64,000 bases of DNA. It comes from Eledone cirrhosa (taxonomy: Eukaryota). Location of the stretch: assembly GCA_964016885.1 (NCBI GenBank), contig OZ024744.1, forward strand, positions 16,492,001 to 16,556,000, read 5' to 3'. Shown here piece after piece: positions 40,801 through 54,700 of the stretch. The notes beneath the pieces were generated by a model. It worked only from the letters and a program-made list of their open reading frames with translations, did no database searches and was not told the origin of the DNA. Each line of letters starts with the position of its first letter. Positions within the stretch are counted from its first letter, which is position 1. Both the position numbers and the translations under genes were made by a program.

Positions 40801-43800
40801 AAAGTGTACTATTCACCTGAAGAATATGTCCCGTGTTTACTGTAGTACTGTGTAAAGTGTACTCTTCACCTGAAGAATGTGTCCTGTGTTTACTGTAGTA
40901 CTGTGTAAAGTATAATGCACAGCTGAAGAAAGTGTCCTGTGTTTATTGTAGGACTGTGTAAAGTGTACTGTTCACCTGAAGAATGTGTACTGTGTTTACT
41001 GTAGTACTGTGTAAAGTGTACTCTTCACCTGAAGAATGTGTCCTGTGTTTACTGTTTTACGCTGGTACTGTGTAAAGCGTACTGTTCACCTGACGAACGT
41101 GTCCTGTGTTTACTGTAGAACTGTGTAAAGTGTACTGTTCAGCTGAGGAATGTGTCCTGTGTTTACTGTAGTAGTGTGTAAAGTGTACTGTTCACCTGAC
41201 GAATGTGTCATGTGTTTACTATAGTACTGTGTAAGATGTACTGTTCAGCTAACTAATGGTTCCTTTGTTTACTGTAGTACCGTGTAAAATGTACTCTTCA
41301 CCTGAAGAATGTGTCCTGTGTTTACTATCGTACTGTGTAAAGTGTACTCTTCACCTGAAGAATGTGTCCAGTGTTTGCTGCAGTACTGTGTAAAGTGTAC
41401 CGTTCGTCTGAAGAATGTGTCCTGTGTTTACTGTAGCACTGTGTAAACTATACTGTTCACCTGAAGAATGTGTACTGTGTTTACTGTAGTAATGTGTAAA
41501 GTGTACTGTTCACCTGACGAATGTGTCCTGTGTTTACTGTAGTACTGTGTAAAGTGTACTGTTCACATGAAGAATGTGTCCTGTGTTTATTGTAGTACTG
41601 TGTAAAATGTAGTGTTCAGCTGAAGAATGTGTCCTGTGTTTAATGTAGGACTGTGTAAATTGCACTGTTCACCTGAAGAACGAGTCCTGTGTTTACTGTA
41701 GTACTGTGTAAAGTGTACTGTTCACCTGAAGAATGTGTCCTGTGTTTACTCTAGTACTGTGTAAAGTGTAATGTTTACCTGAAGAATGTGTCCTGTGTTT
41801 ACTGTAGTACTGTGTAAAGTGTACTGTTCACCTGAAGAATGTGTCCTGTGTTTACTGTAGTACTGTGTAAAGTGTACTGTTCAGCTGAGGAATGTGTCCT
41901 GTGTTTACTTAAGTACTGTGTAAAGTGTACTGTTCTCCTGAAGAATGTGTCCTGTGTTTACTGTAGTACTGTGTAAAATGTACTGTTCACCAGAAGATTA
42001 TATCGTGTGTTTACTGTAGTACTGTGTAAATTGTACTGTACACGTGAAGAATGTGTTCTGTGTTGACTGTAGTACTGTGTAAAGTGTACTGTTCAGCTGA
42101 GGAATGTTTCCTGCGTTTACTTTAGTACTGTGTAAAGTATACTGTTCACCTGAATAATGTGTCCAGTGATTACTGTAGTACTGTGTAAAGTGTACTGTTC
42201 ACCTGAAGAATGTGTCCTGTGTTTACTGTAGTACTGTGTAAAGTGTACTGTTCACCTGACGAATGTGTCCTGTGTTTACTGTAGTACTGTGTAAAGTGTA
42301 CTGTTCACCTGAAGAATGTGTCCTGTGTTTACTGTAGTACTGTGTAAAGTGTACTGTTCAGCTGAAGAATGTGTCCTGTGTTTACTGTAGTACTGTGTAA
42401 AGTGTACTGTTTACCTGAAGAATGTGTCCTGTGTTTACTGTAGTAATGTGTAAAGTGTGCTGTTCAGCTGAAGAATGTGTCCTGTGTTTACTGTAGTAAT
42501 GTGTAAAGTGTACTGTTCACCTGAAGCATATGTCCCGTGTTTACTGTAGTACTGTGTAAAGTGTACTCTTCACCTGAAGAATGTGTCCTGTGTTTACTGT
42601 AGTACTGTGTAAAGTATAATGCACAGCTGAAGAAAGTGTCCTGTGTTTACTGTAGGACTGTGTAAAGTGTACTGTTCACCTGAAGAATGTGTACTGTGTT
42701 TACTGTAGTACTGTGTAAAGTGTACTCTTCACCTGAAGAATGTGTCCTGTGTTTACAGTTTTACGCTGGTACTGTGTAAAGCGTACTGTTCACCTGACGA
42801 ATGTGTGCTGTGTTTACTGTAGAACTGTGTAAAGTGTACTGTTTCAGCTGAGGAATGTGTCCTGTGTTTACTGTAGTAGTGTGTAAAGTGTACTGTTCAC
42901 CTGACGAATGTGTCCTGTGTTTACTGTAGTACTGTGTAAGATGTACTGTTCAGCTAACTAATGGCTCCTGTGTTTACTGTAGTACCGTGTAAAATGTACT
43001 CTTCACCTGAAGAATGTGTCCTGTGTTTACTATCGTACTGTGTAAAGTGTACTCTTCACCTGAAGAATGTGTCCGGTGTTTGCTGCAGTACTGTGTAAAG
43101 TGTACCGTTCAGCTGAAGAATGTGTCCTGTGTTTACTGTAGCACTGTGTAAAGTATACTGTTCACCTGAAGAATGTGTCCTGTGTTTACTGTAGTAATGT
43201 GTAAAGTGTGCTGTTCAGCTGAAGAATGTGTCCTGTGTTTACTGTAGTACTGTGTACAGTGTACTGTTCAGCTGAAGAATGTGTCCTGTGTTTACTCTAG
43301 TACTGTGTAAAGTGTACTGTTCACCTGACGAATGTGTCCTGTGTTTACTGTAGTACTGTGTAAAGTGTACTGTTCACCTGAAGAATGTGTCCTGTGTTTA
43401 CTGTAGTACTGTGTAAAGTGTACTTTTCAGCTGAAGAATGTGTCCTGTGTTTACTGTTGTACTGTGTAAAGTGTACTGTTCACCTGAAGAATGTGTCCTG
43501 TGTTTACTGTAGTAATGTGTAAAGTGTGCTGTTCAGCTGAAGAATGTGTCCTGTGTTTACTGTAGTAATGTGTAAAGTGTACTATTCACCTGAAGAATAT
43601 GTCCCGTGTTTACTGTAGTACTGTGTAAAGTGTACTCTTCACCTGAAGAATGTGTCCTGTGTTTACTGTAGTACTGTGTAAAGTATAATGCACAGCTGAA
43701 GAAAGTGTCCTGTGTTTATTGTAGGACTGTGTAAAGTGTACTGTTCACCTGAAGAATGTGTACTGTGTTTACTGTAGTACTGTGTAAAGTGTACTCTTCA

Positions 43801-46030
43801 CCTGAAGAATGTGTCCTGTGTTTACTGTTTTACGCTGGTACTGTGTAAAGCGTACTGTTCACCTGACGAACGTGTCCTGTGTTTACTGTAGAACTGTGTA
43901 AAGTGTACTGTTCAGCTGAGGAATGTGTCCTGTGTTTACTGTAGTAGTGTGTAAAGTGTACTGTTCACCTGACGAATGTGTCCTGTGTTTACTATAGTAC
44001 TGTGTAAGATGTACTGTTCAGCTAACTAATGGTTCCTGTGTTTACTGTAGTACCGTGTAAAATGTACTCTTCACCTGAAGAATGTGTCCTGTGTTTTCTA
44101 TCGTACTGTGTAAAGTGTACTCTTCACCTGAAGAATGTGTCCAGTGTTTGCTGCAGTACTGTGTAAAGTGTACCGTTCATCTGAAGAATGTGTCCTGTGT
44201 TTACTGTAGCACTGTGTAAACTATACTGTTCACCTGAATAATGTGTACTGTGTTTACTGTAGTAATGTGTAAAGTGTACTGTTCACCTGACGAATGTGTC
44301 CTGTGTTTACTGTAGTAATGCGTAAAGCGTACTGTTCACCTGAAGAATGTGTCCTGTGTTTACTGTAGTACTGTGTAAAGTGTACTGTTCACATGAAGAA
44401 TGTGTCCTGTGTTTATTGTAGTACTGTGTAAAATGTAGTGTTCAGCTGAAGAATGTGTCCTGTGTTTAATGTAGGACTGTGTAAATTGCACTGTTCACCT
44501 GAAGAACGAGTCCTGTGTTTACTGTAGTACTGTGTAAAGTGTACTGTTCACCTGAAGAATGTGTCCTGTGTTTACTCTAGTACTGTGTAAAGTGTAATGT
44601 TTACCTGAAGAATGTGTCCTGTGTTTACTGTAGTACTGTGTAAAGTGTACTGTTCACCTGAAGAATGTGTCCTGTGTTTACTGTAGTACTGTGTAAAGTG
44701 TACTGTTCAGCTGAGGAATGTGTCCTGTGTTTACTTAAGTACTGTGTAAAGTGTACTTTTCTCCTGAAGAATGTGTCCTGTGTTTACTGTAGTACTGTGT
44801 AAAATGTACTGTTCACCAGAAGAATATATCGTGTGTTTACTGCAGTACTGTGTAAATTGTACTGTACACGTGAAGAATGTGTTCTGTGTTGACTGTAGTA
44901 CTGTGTAAAGTGTACTGTTCAGCTGAGGAATGTTTCCTGCGTTTACTTTAGTACTGTGTAAAGTATACTGTTCACCTGAAGAATGTGTCCTGTGATTACT
45001 GTAGTACTGTGTAAAGTGTACTGTTCACCTGAAGAATGTGTCCTGTGTTTACTGTAGTACTGTGTAAAGTGTACTGTTCACCTGACGAATGTGTCCTGTG
45101 TTTACTGTAGTACTGTGTAAAGTGTACTGTTCACCTGAAGAATGTGTCCTGTGTTTACTGTAGTACTGTGTAAAGTGTACTGTTCAGCTGAAGAATGTGT
45201 CCTGTGTTTACTGTAGTACTGTGTAAAGTGTACTGTTTACCTGAAGAATGTGTCCTGTGTTTACTGTAGTAATGGGTAAAGTGTGCTGTTCAGCTGAAGA
45301 ATGTGTCCTGTGTTTACTGTAGTAATGTGTAAAGTGTACTGTTCACCTGAAGCATATGTCCCGTGTTTACTGTAGTACTGTGTAAAGTGTACTCTTCACC
45401 TGAAGAATGTGTCCTGTGTTTACTGTAGTACTGTGTAAAGTATACTGCACAGCTGAAGAAAGTGTCCTGTGTTTACTGTAGGACTGTGTAAAGTGTACTG
45501 TTCACCTGAAGAATGTGTACTGTGTTTACTGTAGTACTGTGTAAAGTGTACTCTTCACCTGAAGAATGTGTCCTGTGTTTACAGTTTTACGCTGGTACTG
45601 TGTAAAGCGTACTGTTCACCTGACGAATGTGTGCTGTGTTTACTGTAGAACTGTGTAAAGTGTACTGTTCAGCTGAGGAATGTGTCCTGTGTTTACTGTA
45701 GTAGTGTGTAAAGTGTACTGTTCACCTGACGAATGTGTCCTGTGTTTACTGTAGTACTGTGTAAGATGTACTGTTCAGCTAACTAATGGCTCCTGTGTTT
45801 ACTGTAGTACCGTGTAAAATGTACTCTTCACCTGAAGAATGTGTCCTGTGTTTACTATCGTACTGTGTAAAGTGTACTCTTCACCTGAAGAATGTGTCCT
45901 GTGTTTGCTGCAGTACTGTGTAAAGTGTACCGTTCAGCTGAAGAATGTGTCCTGTGTTTACTGTAGCACTGTGTAAATTATACTGTTCACCTGAAGAATG
46001 TGTCCTGTGTTTACTGTAGTAATGTGTAAA
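37897..46030 (+). repeat. Three tandem copies of a ~2.56-2.8 kb (48-53 monomer) higher-order unit
   Basis: Units start at ~37897, 40457 and 43230. Each carries AAACTATAC, CACCAGAAG, GAAGCATATG, AATGGCTCC and ACTATTCAC. Marker offsets are 39986->42758 = 2,772 (52x53+16) and 41054->43827 = 2,773. Confidence 0.8.
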
Positions 46031-46054
46031 GTGTACTGTTCACCTGACGAATGT

Positions 46055-46090
46055 GTCCTGTGTTTACTGTAGTGTTCTGCTGAAGAATGT
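46055..46090 (+). repeat. 36-bp truncated monomer, copy 2
   Basis: Reads GTCCTGTGTTTACTGTAGT|GTTCTGCTGAAGAATGT, with the same junction and flanking monomers as 2402-2437. Confidence 0.9.
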
Positions 46091-48799
46091 GTCCTGTGTT
46101 TAATGTAGGACTGTGTAAATTGTACTGTTCACCTGAAAAATGTGTCCTGTGTTTACTGTAGTACTGTGTAAAGTGTACAGTTCACCTTAAGAAAGTGTCC
46201 CATGTTTACTGTAGTACTGTGTAAAGTGTACTGTTCACCTGAAGAACGAGTCCTGTGTTTACTGTAGTACTGTGTAAAGTGTACTGTTCACCTGAAGAAT
46301 GTGTCCTGTGTTTACTCTAGTACTGTGTAAAGTGTAATGTTTACCTGAATAATGTGTCCTGTGTTTACTGTAGTACTGTGTAAAGTGTACTGTTCACCTG
46401 AAGAATATGTCCCGTGTTTTCTGTAGTACTGTGTAAAGTGTACTGTTCACCTGAAGAATGTGTCCTGTGTTTACTGTAGTACTGTGTAAAGTGTACTGTT
46501 CAGCTGAGGAATGTGTCCTGTGTTTACTTAAGTACTGTGTAAAGTGTACTGTTCTCCTGAAGAATGTGTCCTGTGTTTACTGTAGTACTGTGTAAAATGT
46601 ACTGTTCAGTTGAAGAATATATCGTGTGTTTACTGTAGTACAGTGTAAATTGTACTGTACACGTGAAGAATGTGTTCTGTGTTGACTGTAGTACTGTGTA
46701 AAGTGTACTGTTCAGCTGAGGAATGTTTCCTGCGTTTACTTTAGTACTGTGTAAAGTATACTGTTCACCTGACGAATGTGTCCTGTGATTACTGTAGTAC
46801 TGTGTAAAGTGTACTGTTCACCTGACAAATGTGTCCTGTGTTTACTGTAGTAATGTGTAAAGTGTGCGGTTCAGCTGAAGAATGTGTCCTGTGTTTACTG
46901 TAGTAATGTGTAAAGTGTACTGTTCACCTGAAGAATATTCCCGTGTTTACTGTAGTACTGTGTAAAGTGTACTCTTCACCTGAAGAATGTGTCCTGTGTT
47001 TACTGTAGTAGTGTGTAAAGTGTACTGTTCACCTGACGAATGTGTCCTGTGTTTACTGTAGTACTGTGTAAGATGTACTGTTCAGCTAACTAATGGTTCC
47101 TGTGTTTACTGTAGTACCGTGTAAAATGTACTCTTCACCTGAAGAATGTGTCCTATGTTTACTATCGTACTGTGTAAAGTCTACTCTTCACCTGAAGAAT
47201 GTGTCCTGTGTTTGCTGCAGTACTGTGTAAAGTGTACCGTTCAGCTGAAGAATGTGTTCTGTGTTTACTGTAGCACTGTGTAAAGTATACTGTTCACCTG
47301 AAGAATGTGTCCTGTGTTTACTGTAGTAATGTGTAAAGTGTACTGTTCACCTGACGAATGTGTCCTGTGTTTACTGTAGTAATGCGTAAAGTGTACAGTT
47401 CACCTGAAGAATGTGTCCTGTGTTTACTGTAGTACTGTGTAAAGTGTACTGTTCACATGAAGAATGTGTCCTGCGTTTATTGTAGTACTGTGTAAAATGT
47501 AGTGTTCAGCTGAAGAATGTGTCCTGTGTTTAATGTAGGACTGTGTAAATTGTACTGTTCACCTGAAAAATGTGTCCTGTGTTTACTGTAGTACTGTGTA
47601 AAGTGTACAGTTCACCTTAAGAAAGTGTCCCATGTTTACTGTAGTACTGTGTAAAGTGTACTGTTCACCTGAAGAACGAGTCCTGTGTTTACTGTAGTAC
47701 TGTGTAAAGTGTACTGTTCACCTGAAGAATGTGTCCTGTGTTTACTCTAGTACTGTGTAAAGTGTAATGTTTACCTGAAGAATGTGTCCTGTGTTTACTG
47801 TAGTACTGTGTAAAGTGTACTGTTCACCTGAAGAATATGTCCCGTGTTTTCTGTAGTACTGTGTAAAGTGTACTGTTCACCTGAAGAATGTGTCCTGTGT
47901 ATACTGTAGTACTGTGTAAAGTGTACTGTTTAGCTGAAGAATGTGTCCAGTGTTTACTGTAGTACTGTGTAAAGTGTACTGTTCACCTGACGAAAATGTC
48001 CTGTGTTTACTGTAGTACTGTGTAAAGTGTACTGTTCAGCTGATGAATGTGTCCTGTGTTTACTGTAGTAGTGTGTAAAGTGTACTGTTCAGCTGAGGAA
48101 TGTGTCCTGTGTTTATTGTAGTACTGTGTTTAGTGTAATTTTCACCTGAAGAATGTGTCCTGTGTTTATTGTAGTACTGTGTAAAGTGTACTGTTCAGCT
48201 GAAGAATGTGTCCTCTGTTTACTGTCGTAACGTGTAAAGTGTACTGTTCACCTGACGAATGTGTCCTGTGTTTACTGTAGTACTGTGTAAAGTGTACTGT
48301 TCACCTGAAGAATGTGTCCTGTGTTTACTGTAGTACTGTGTAAAGTGTACTGTTCACCTGGGGTATGTGTCCTGTGTTTACTGTAGTACTGTGTACAGTG
48401 TACTGCTCAGCTGAAGAATGTGTCCTGTGTTTACTGTAGTACTGTCTAAAGTGTACTGTTCACCTGACGAATGTGTCCTGTGTTTACTGTAGTACTGTGT
48501 AAAGTGTACTGTTCACCTGAAGAATGTGTCCCGTGTTTACTGTAGTACTGTGTAAAGTGTACTGTTCAGCTGAAGAATGTGTCCTGTGTTTACTGTAGTA
48601 CTGTGTAAAGTGTACTGTTCACCTGAAGAATGTGTCCTGTGTTTACTGTAGTAATGTGTAAAGTGTGCTGTTCAGCTGAAGAATGTGTCCTGTGTTTACT
48701 GTAGTAATGTGTAAAGTGTACTCTTCACCTGAAGAATATGTCCCGTGTTTACTGTAGTACTGTGTAAAGTGTACTGTTCACCTGAAGAATGTGTCCTGT

Positions 48800-51700
48800 G
48801 TTTACTGTAGTAATGTGTAAAGTGTGCTGTTCACCTGAAGAATATGTCCCGTGTTTACTGTAGGACTGTGTAAAGTGTACTGTTCACCTGAAGAATGTGT
48901 ACTGTGTTTACTGTAGTACTGTGTAAAGTGTACTCTTCACCTGAAGAATGTGTTCTGTGTTTACTGTTTTACGCTGGTACTGTGTAAAGCGTACTGTTTA
49001 CCTGACGAACGTGTCCTGTGTTTACTGTAGAACTGTGTAAAGTGTACTGTTCAGCTGAGGAATGTGTCCTGTGTTTACTGTAGTAGTGTGTAAAGTGTAC
49101 TGTTCACCTGACGAATGTGTCCTGTGTTTACTGTAGTACTGTGTAAGATGTACTGTTCAGCTAACTAATGGTTCCTGTGTTTACTGTAGTACCGTGTAAA
49201 ATGTACTCTTCACCTGAAGAATGTGTCCTGTGTTTACTATCGTACTGTGTAAAGTGTACTCTTCACCTGAAGAATGTGTCCAGTGTTTTCTGCAGTACTG
49301 TGTAAAGTGTACCGTTCAGCTGAAGAATGTGTCCTGTGTTTACTGTAGCACTGTGTAAAGTATACTGTTCACCTGAGGAATGTGTCCTGTGTTTACTGTA
49401 GTAATGTGTAAAGTGTACTGTTCACCTGACGAATGTGTCCTGTGTTTACTGTAGTAATGCGTAAAGTGTACTGTTCACCTGAAGAATGTGTCCTGTGTTT
49501 ACTGTAGTACTGTGTAAAGTGTACTGTTCACATGAAGAATGCGTCCTGTGTTTATTGTAGTACTGTGTAAAATGTAGTGTTCAGCTGAAGAATGTGTCCT
49601 GTGTTTAATGTAGGACTGTGTAAATTGTATTGTTCACCTGAAAAATGTGTGCTGTGTTTACTGTAGTACTGTGTAAAGTGTACAGTTCACCTTAAGAAAG
49701 TGTCCCATGTTTACTGTAGTACTGTGTAAAGTGTACTGTTCACCTGAAGAACGAGTCCTGTGTTTACTGTAGTACTGTGTAAAGTGTACTGTTCACCTGA
49801 AGAATGTGTCCTCTGTTTACTCTAGTACTGTGTAAAGTGTAATGTTTACCTGAAGAATGTATCCTGTGTTTACTGTAGTACTGTGTAAAGTGTACTGTTC
49901 ACCTGAAGAATATGTCCCGTGTTTTCTGTAGTACTGTGTAAAGTGTACTGTTCACCTGAAGAAAGTGTCCTGTGTTTACTGTAGTACTGTGTAAAATGTA
50001 CTGTTCACCTGAAGAATGTGTCCTGTGTTTACTGTAGTACTGTGTAAAGTGTACTGTTCAGCTGAGGAATGTTTCCTGCGTTTACTTAAGTACAGTGTAA
50101 AGTGTACTGTTCACGTGAAGAATATGTTCTGTGTTGACTGTAGTACTGTGTAAAGTGTACTGTTCACCTGAAGAATGTGTCCTGTGTTTACTGTAGTACT
50201 GTGTAACGTGTACTGTTCACCTGAAGAATGTGTCCTGTGTTTACTGTAGTACTGTGTAAAGTGTACTGTTCACCTGAAGAATGTGTCCTGTCTTTATTGT
50301 AGTACTGTGTAAAGTGTACTGTTCAGCTGAAGAATGTGTCCTCTGTTTACTGTAGTAACGGGTAAAGTGTACTGTTCACCTGATGAATGTGTCCTGTGTT
50401 TACTGTAGTACTGTGTAAAGTGTACTGTTCACCTGAAGAATGTGTCCTGTGTTTACTGTAGTAATGTGTAAAGTGTACTGTTCAGCTGACGAATGGTTCC
50501 TGTATTTTCTGTAGTAATGTGTAAAGTGTACTGTTCGCCTGAAGAATGTGTCCTGTGTTTAATGTGGCACTGTGTAAAGTGTACTGTTCAGCTGAAGAAT
50601 GTGTCCTGTGTTTACTCTAGTACTGTGTAAAGTGTACTGTTCACCTGAAGAATATGTCCTCTGTTTAACTTAGTAATGTGTAAAGTGTACTCTTCACCTG
50701 AAGAATGTGTCCTGTGTTTACTGTGGTACTGTGTAAAGTGTACTGTTCAGCTGAAGAATGTATCCTGTGTTTACTGTAGTACAGTGTACAGTGTACTGTT
50801 CAGTTGAAGAATGTGTCCCGTGTTTACTGTACTACTGTGTAACGTGTACTGTTCACATGAAGAATGTGTCCTGTGTTTACTGTAGTACTGTTTAAAGTGT
50901 ACTGTTCAGCTGAAGAATGTGTCCTGTGTTTACTGTAGTACTGTGTAACGTGTACTGTTCACCTGAAGAATGTGTCCTGTGTTTACTGTAGTAACCTGTA
51001 AAGTATACTGTTCACCTGACGAATGTGTCCTGTGTTTACTGTAGTACTGTGTAAAGTGTACAGTTCACCTTAAGAAAGTGTCCCATGTTTACTGTAGTAC
51101 TGTGTAAAGTGTACTGTTCACCTGAAGAATGTGTCCTGTGTTTACTGTAGTAATGTGTAAAGTGTGCTGTTCAGCTGAAGAATGTGTCCTGTGTTTACTG
51201 TAGTAATGTGTAAAGTGTACTGTTCACCTGAAGAATATGTCCCGTGTTTACTGTAGTACTGTGTAAAGTGTACTCTTCACCTGAAGAATGTGTCCTGTGT
51301 TTACTGTAGTACTGTGTAAAGTATAATGCACAGCTGAAGAAAGTGTCCTGTGTTTACTGTAGGACTGTGTAAAGTGTACTGTTCACCTGAAGAATGTGTA
51401 CTGTGTTTACTGTAGTACTGTGTAAAGTGTACTCTTCACCTGAAGAATGTGTCCTGTGTTTACTGTTTTACGCTGGTACTGTGTAAAGCGTACTGTTTAC
51501 CTGACGAACGTGTCCTGTGTTTACTGTAGAACTGTGTAAAGTGTACTGTTCAGCTGAGGAATGTGTCCTGTGTTTACTGTAGTAGTGTGTAAAGTGTACT
51601 GTTCAGCTAACTAATGGTTCCTGTGTTTACTGTAGTACCGTGTAAAATGCACTCTTCACCTGAAGAATGTGTCCTGTGTTTACTATCGCACTGTGTAAAG

Positions 51701-54700
51701 TGTACTCTTCACCTGAAGAATGTGTCCAGTGTTTTCTGCAGTACTGTGTAAAGTGTACCGTTCAGCTGAAGAATGTGTCCTGTGTTTACTGTAGCACTGT
51801 GTAAAGTATACTGTTCACCTGAGGAATGTGTCCTGTGTTTACTGTAGTAATGTGTAAAGTGTACTGTTCACCTGACGAATGTGTCCTGTGTTTACTGTAG
51901 TAATGCGTAAAGTGTACTGTTCACCTGAAGAATGTGTCCTGTGTTTACTGTAGTACTGTGTAAAGTGTACTGTTCACATGAAGAATGTGTCCTGTGTTTA
52001 TTGTAGTACTGTGTAAAATGTAGTGTTCAGCTGAAGAATGTGTCCTGTGTTTAATGTAGGACTGTGTAAATTGTATTGTTCACCTGAAAAATGTGTCCTG
52101 TGTTTACTGTAGTACTGTGTAAAGTGTACAGTTCACCTTAAGAAAGTGTCCCATGTTTACTGTAGTACTGTGTAAAGTGTACTGTTCACCTGAAGAACGA
52201 GTCCTGTGTTTACTGTAGTACTGTGTAAAGTGTACTGTTCACCTGAAGAATGTGTCCTGTGTTTACTCTAGTACTGTGTAAAGTGTAATGTTTACCTGAA
52301 GAATGTATCCTGTGTTTACTGTAGTACTGTGTAAAGTGTACTGTTCACCTGAATAATATGTCCCGTGTTTTCTGTAGTACTGTGTAAAGTGTACTGTTCA
52401 CCTGAAGAAAGTGTCCTGTGTTTACTGTAGTACTGTGTAAAGTGTACTGTTCACCTGAAGAATGTGTCCTGTGTTTACTGTAGTACTGTGTAAAGTGTAC
52501 TGTTCAGCTGAGGAATGTTTCCTGCGTTTACTTTAGTACAGTGTAAAGTTTACTGTTCACGTGAAGAATGTGTTCTGTGTTGACTGTAGTACTGTGTAAA
52601 GTGTACTGTTCACCTGAAGAATGTGTCCTGTGTTTACTGTAGTACTGTGTAACGTGTACTGTTCACCTGAAGAATGTGTCCTGTGTTTACTGTAGTACTG
52701 TGTAAAGTGTACTGTTCAGCTGAAGAATGTGTCCTCTGTTTAGTGTGGTACTGTGTAAAGTGTACTGTTCAGCTGAAGAATGTGTCCTGTGTTTACTGTA
52801 GTAATGTGTAAAGTGTACTGTTCAGCTGACGAATGGTTCCTGTATTTTCTGTAGTACTGTGTAAAGTGTACTGTTCACCTGAAGAATGTGTCCTGTGTTT
52901 ACTGTAGTAATGTGTAAAGTGTACTGTTCAGCTGACGAATGGTTCCTGTATTTTCTGTAGTACTGTGTAAAGTGTACTGTTCACCTGAAGAATGTGTCCT
53001 GTGTTTACTGTAGTACTGTGTAAAGTGTACTGTTCACCTGAAGCATGTGTCCTGTGTTTATTGTAGTACTGTGTAAAGTGTACTGTTCGCCTGAAGAATG
53101 TGTCCTGTGTTTAATGTGGTACTGTGTAAAGTGTACTGTTCAGCTGAAGAATGTGTCCTGTGTTTACTCTAGTACTGTGTAAAGTGTACTGTTCACCTGA
53201 AGAATATGTCCTCTGTTTAACTTAGTAATGTGTAAAGTGTACTCTTCACCTGAAGAATGTGTCCTGTGTTTACTGTGGTACTGTGTAAAGTGTACTGTTC
53301 AGCTGAAGAATGTATCCTGTGTTTACTGTAGTACAGTGTACAGTGTACTGTTCAGTTGAAGAATGTGTCCCGTGTTTACTGTAGTACTGTGTAACGTGTA
53401 CTGTTCACCTGAAGAATGTGTCCTGTGTTTACTGTAGTACTGTTTAAAGTGTACTGTTCAGCTGAAGAATGTGTCCTGTGTTTACTGTAGTACTGTGTAA
53501 CGTGTACTGTTCACCTGAAGAATGTGTCCTGTGTTTACTGTAGTAACCTGTAAAGTGTACTGTTCACCTGACGAATGTGTCCTGTGTTTACTGTAGTAAT
53601 GCGTAAAGTGTACTGTTCACCTGAACAATGTGTCCTGTGTTTACTGTAGTACTGTGTAAAGTGTACTGTTCACATGAAGAACGTGTCCTGCGTTTATTGT
53701 AGTACTGTGTAAAATGTAGTGTTCAGCTGAAGAATGTGTCCTGTGTTTAATGTAGGACTGTGTAAATTGTACTGTTCACCTGAAAAATGTGTCCTGTGTT
53801 TACTGTAGTACTGTGTAAAGTGTACAGTTCACCTTAAGAAAGTGTCCCATGTTTACTGTAGTACTGTGTAAAGTGTACTGTTCACCTGAAGAACGAGTCC
53901 TGTGTTTACTGTAGTACTGTGTAAAGTGTACTGTTCACCTGAAGAATGTGTCCTGTGTTTACTCTAGTACTGTGTAAAGTGTACTGTTTACCTGAAGAAT
54001 GTGTCCTGTGTTTACTGTAGTACTGTGTAAAGTGTACTGTTCAGCTGAAGAATGTGTCCTGTGTTTACTGTAGTACTGTGTAAAGTGTACTGTTCACCTG
54101 AAGAATGTGTCCTGTGTTTACTGTAGTAATGTGTAAAGTGTGCTGTTCAGCTGAAGAATGTGTCCTGTGTTTACTGTAGTAATGTGTAAAGTGTACTGTT
54201 CACCTGAAGAATATGTCCCGTGTTTACTGTAGTACTGTGTAAAGTGTACTCTTCACCTGAAGATTGTGTCCTGTGTTTACTGTAGTACTGTGTAAAGTAT
54301 AATGCACAGCTGAAGAAAGTGTCCTGTGTTTACTGTAGGACTGTGTAAAGTGTACTGTTCACCTGAAGAATGTGTACTGTGTTTACTGTAGTACTGTGTA
54401 AAGTGTACTCTTCACCTGAAGAATGTGTCCTGTGTTTACTGTTTTACGCTGGTACTGTGTAAAGCGTACTGGTTACCTGACGAACGTGTCCTGTGTTTAC
54501 TGTAGAACTGTGTAAAGTGTACTGTTCAGCTGAGGAATGTGTCCTGTGTTTACTGTAGTAGTGTGTAAAGTGTACTGTTCAGCTAACTAATGGTTCCTGT
54601 GTTTACTGTAGTACCGTGTAAAATGTACTCTTCACCTGAAGAATGTGTCCTGTGTTTACTATCGTACTGTGTAAAGTGTACTCTTCATCTGAAGAATGTG

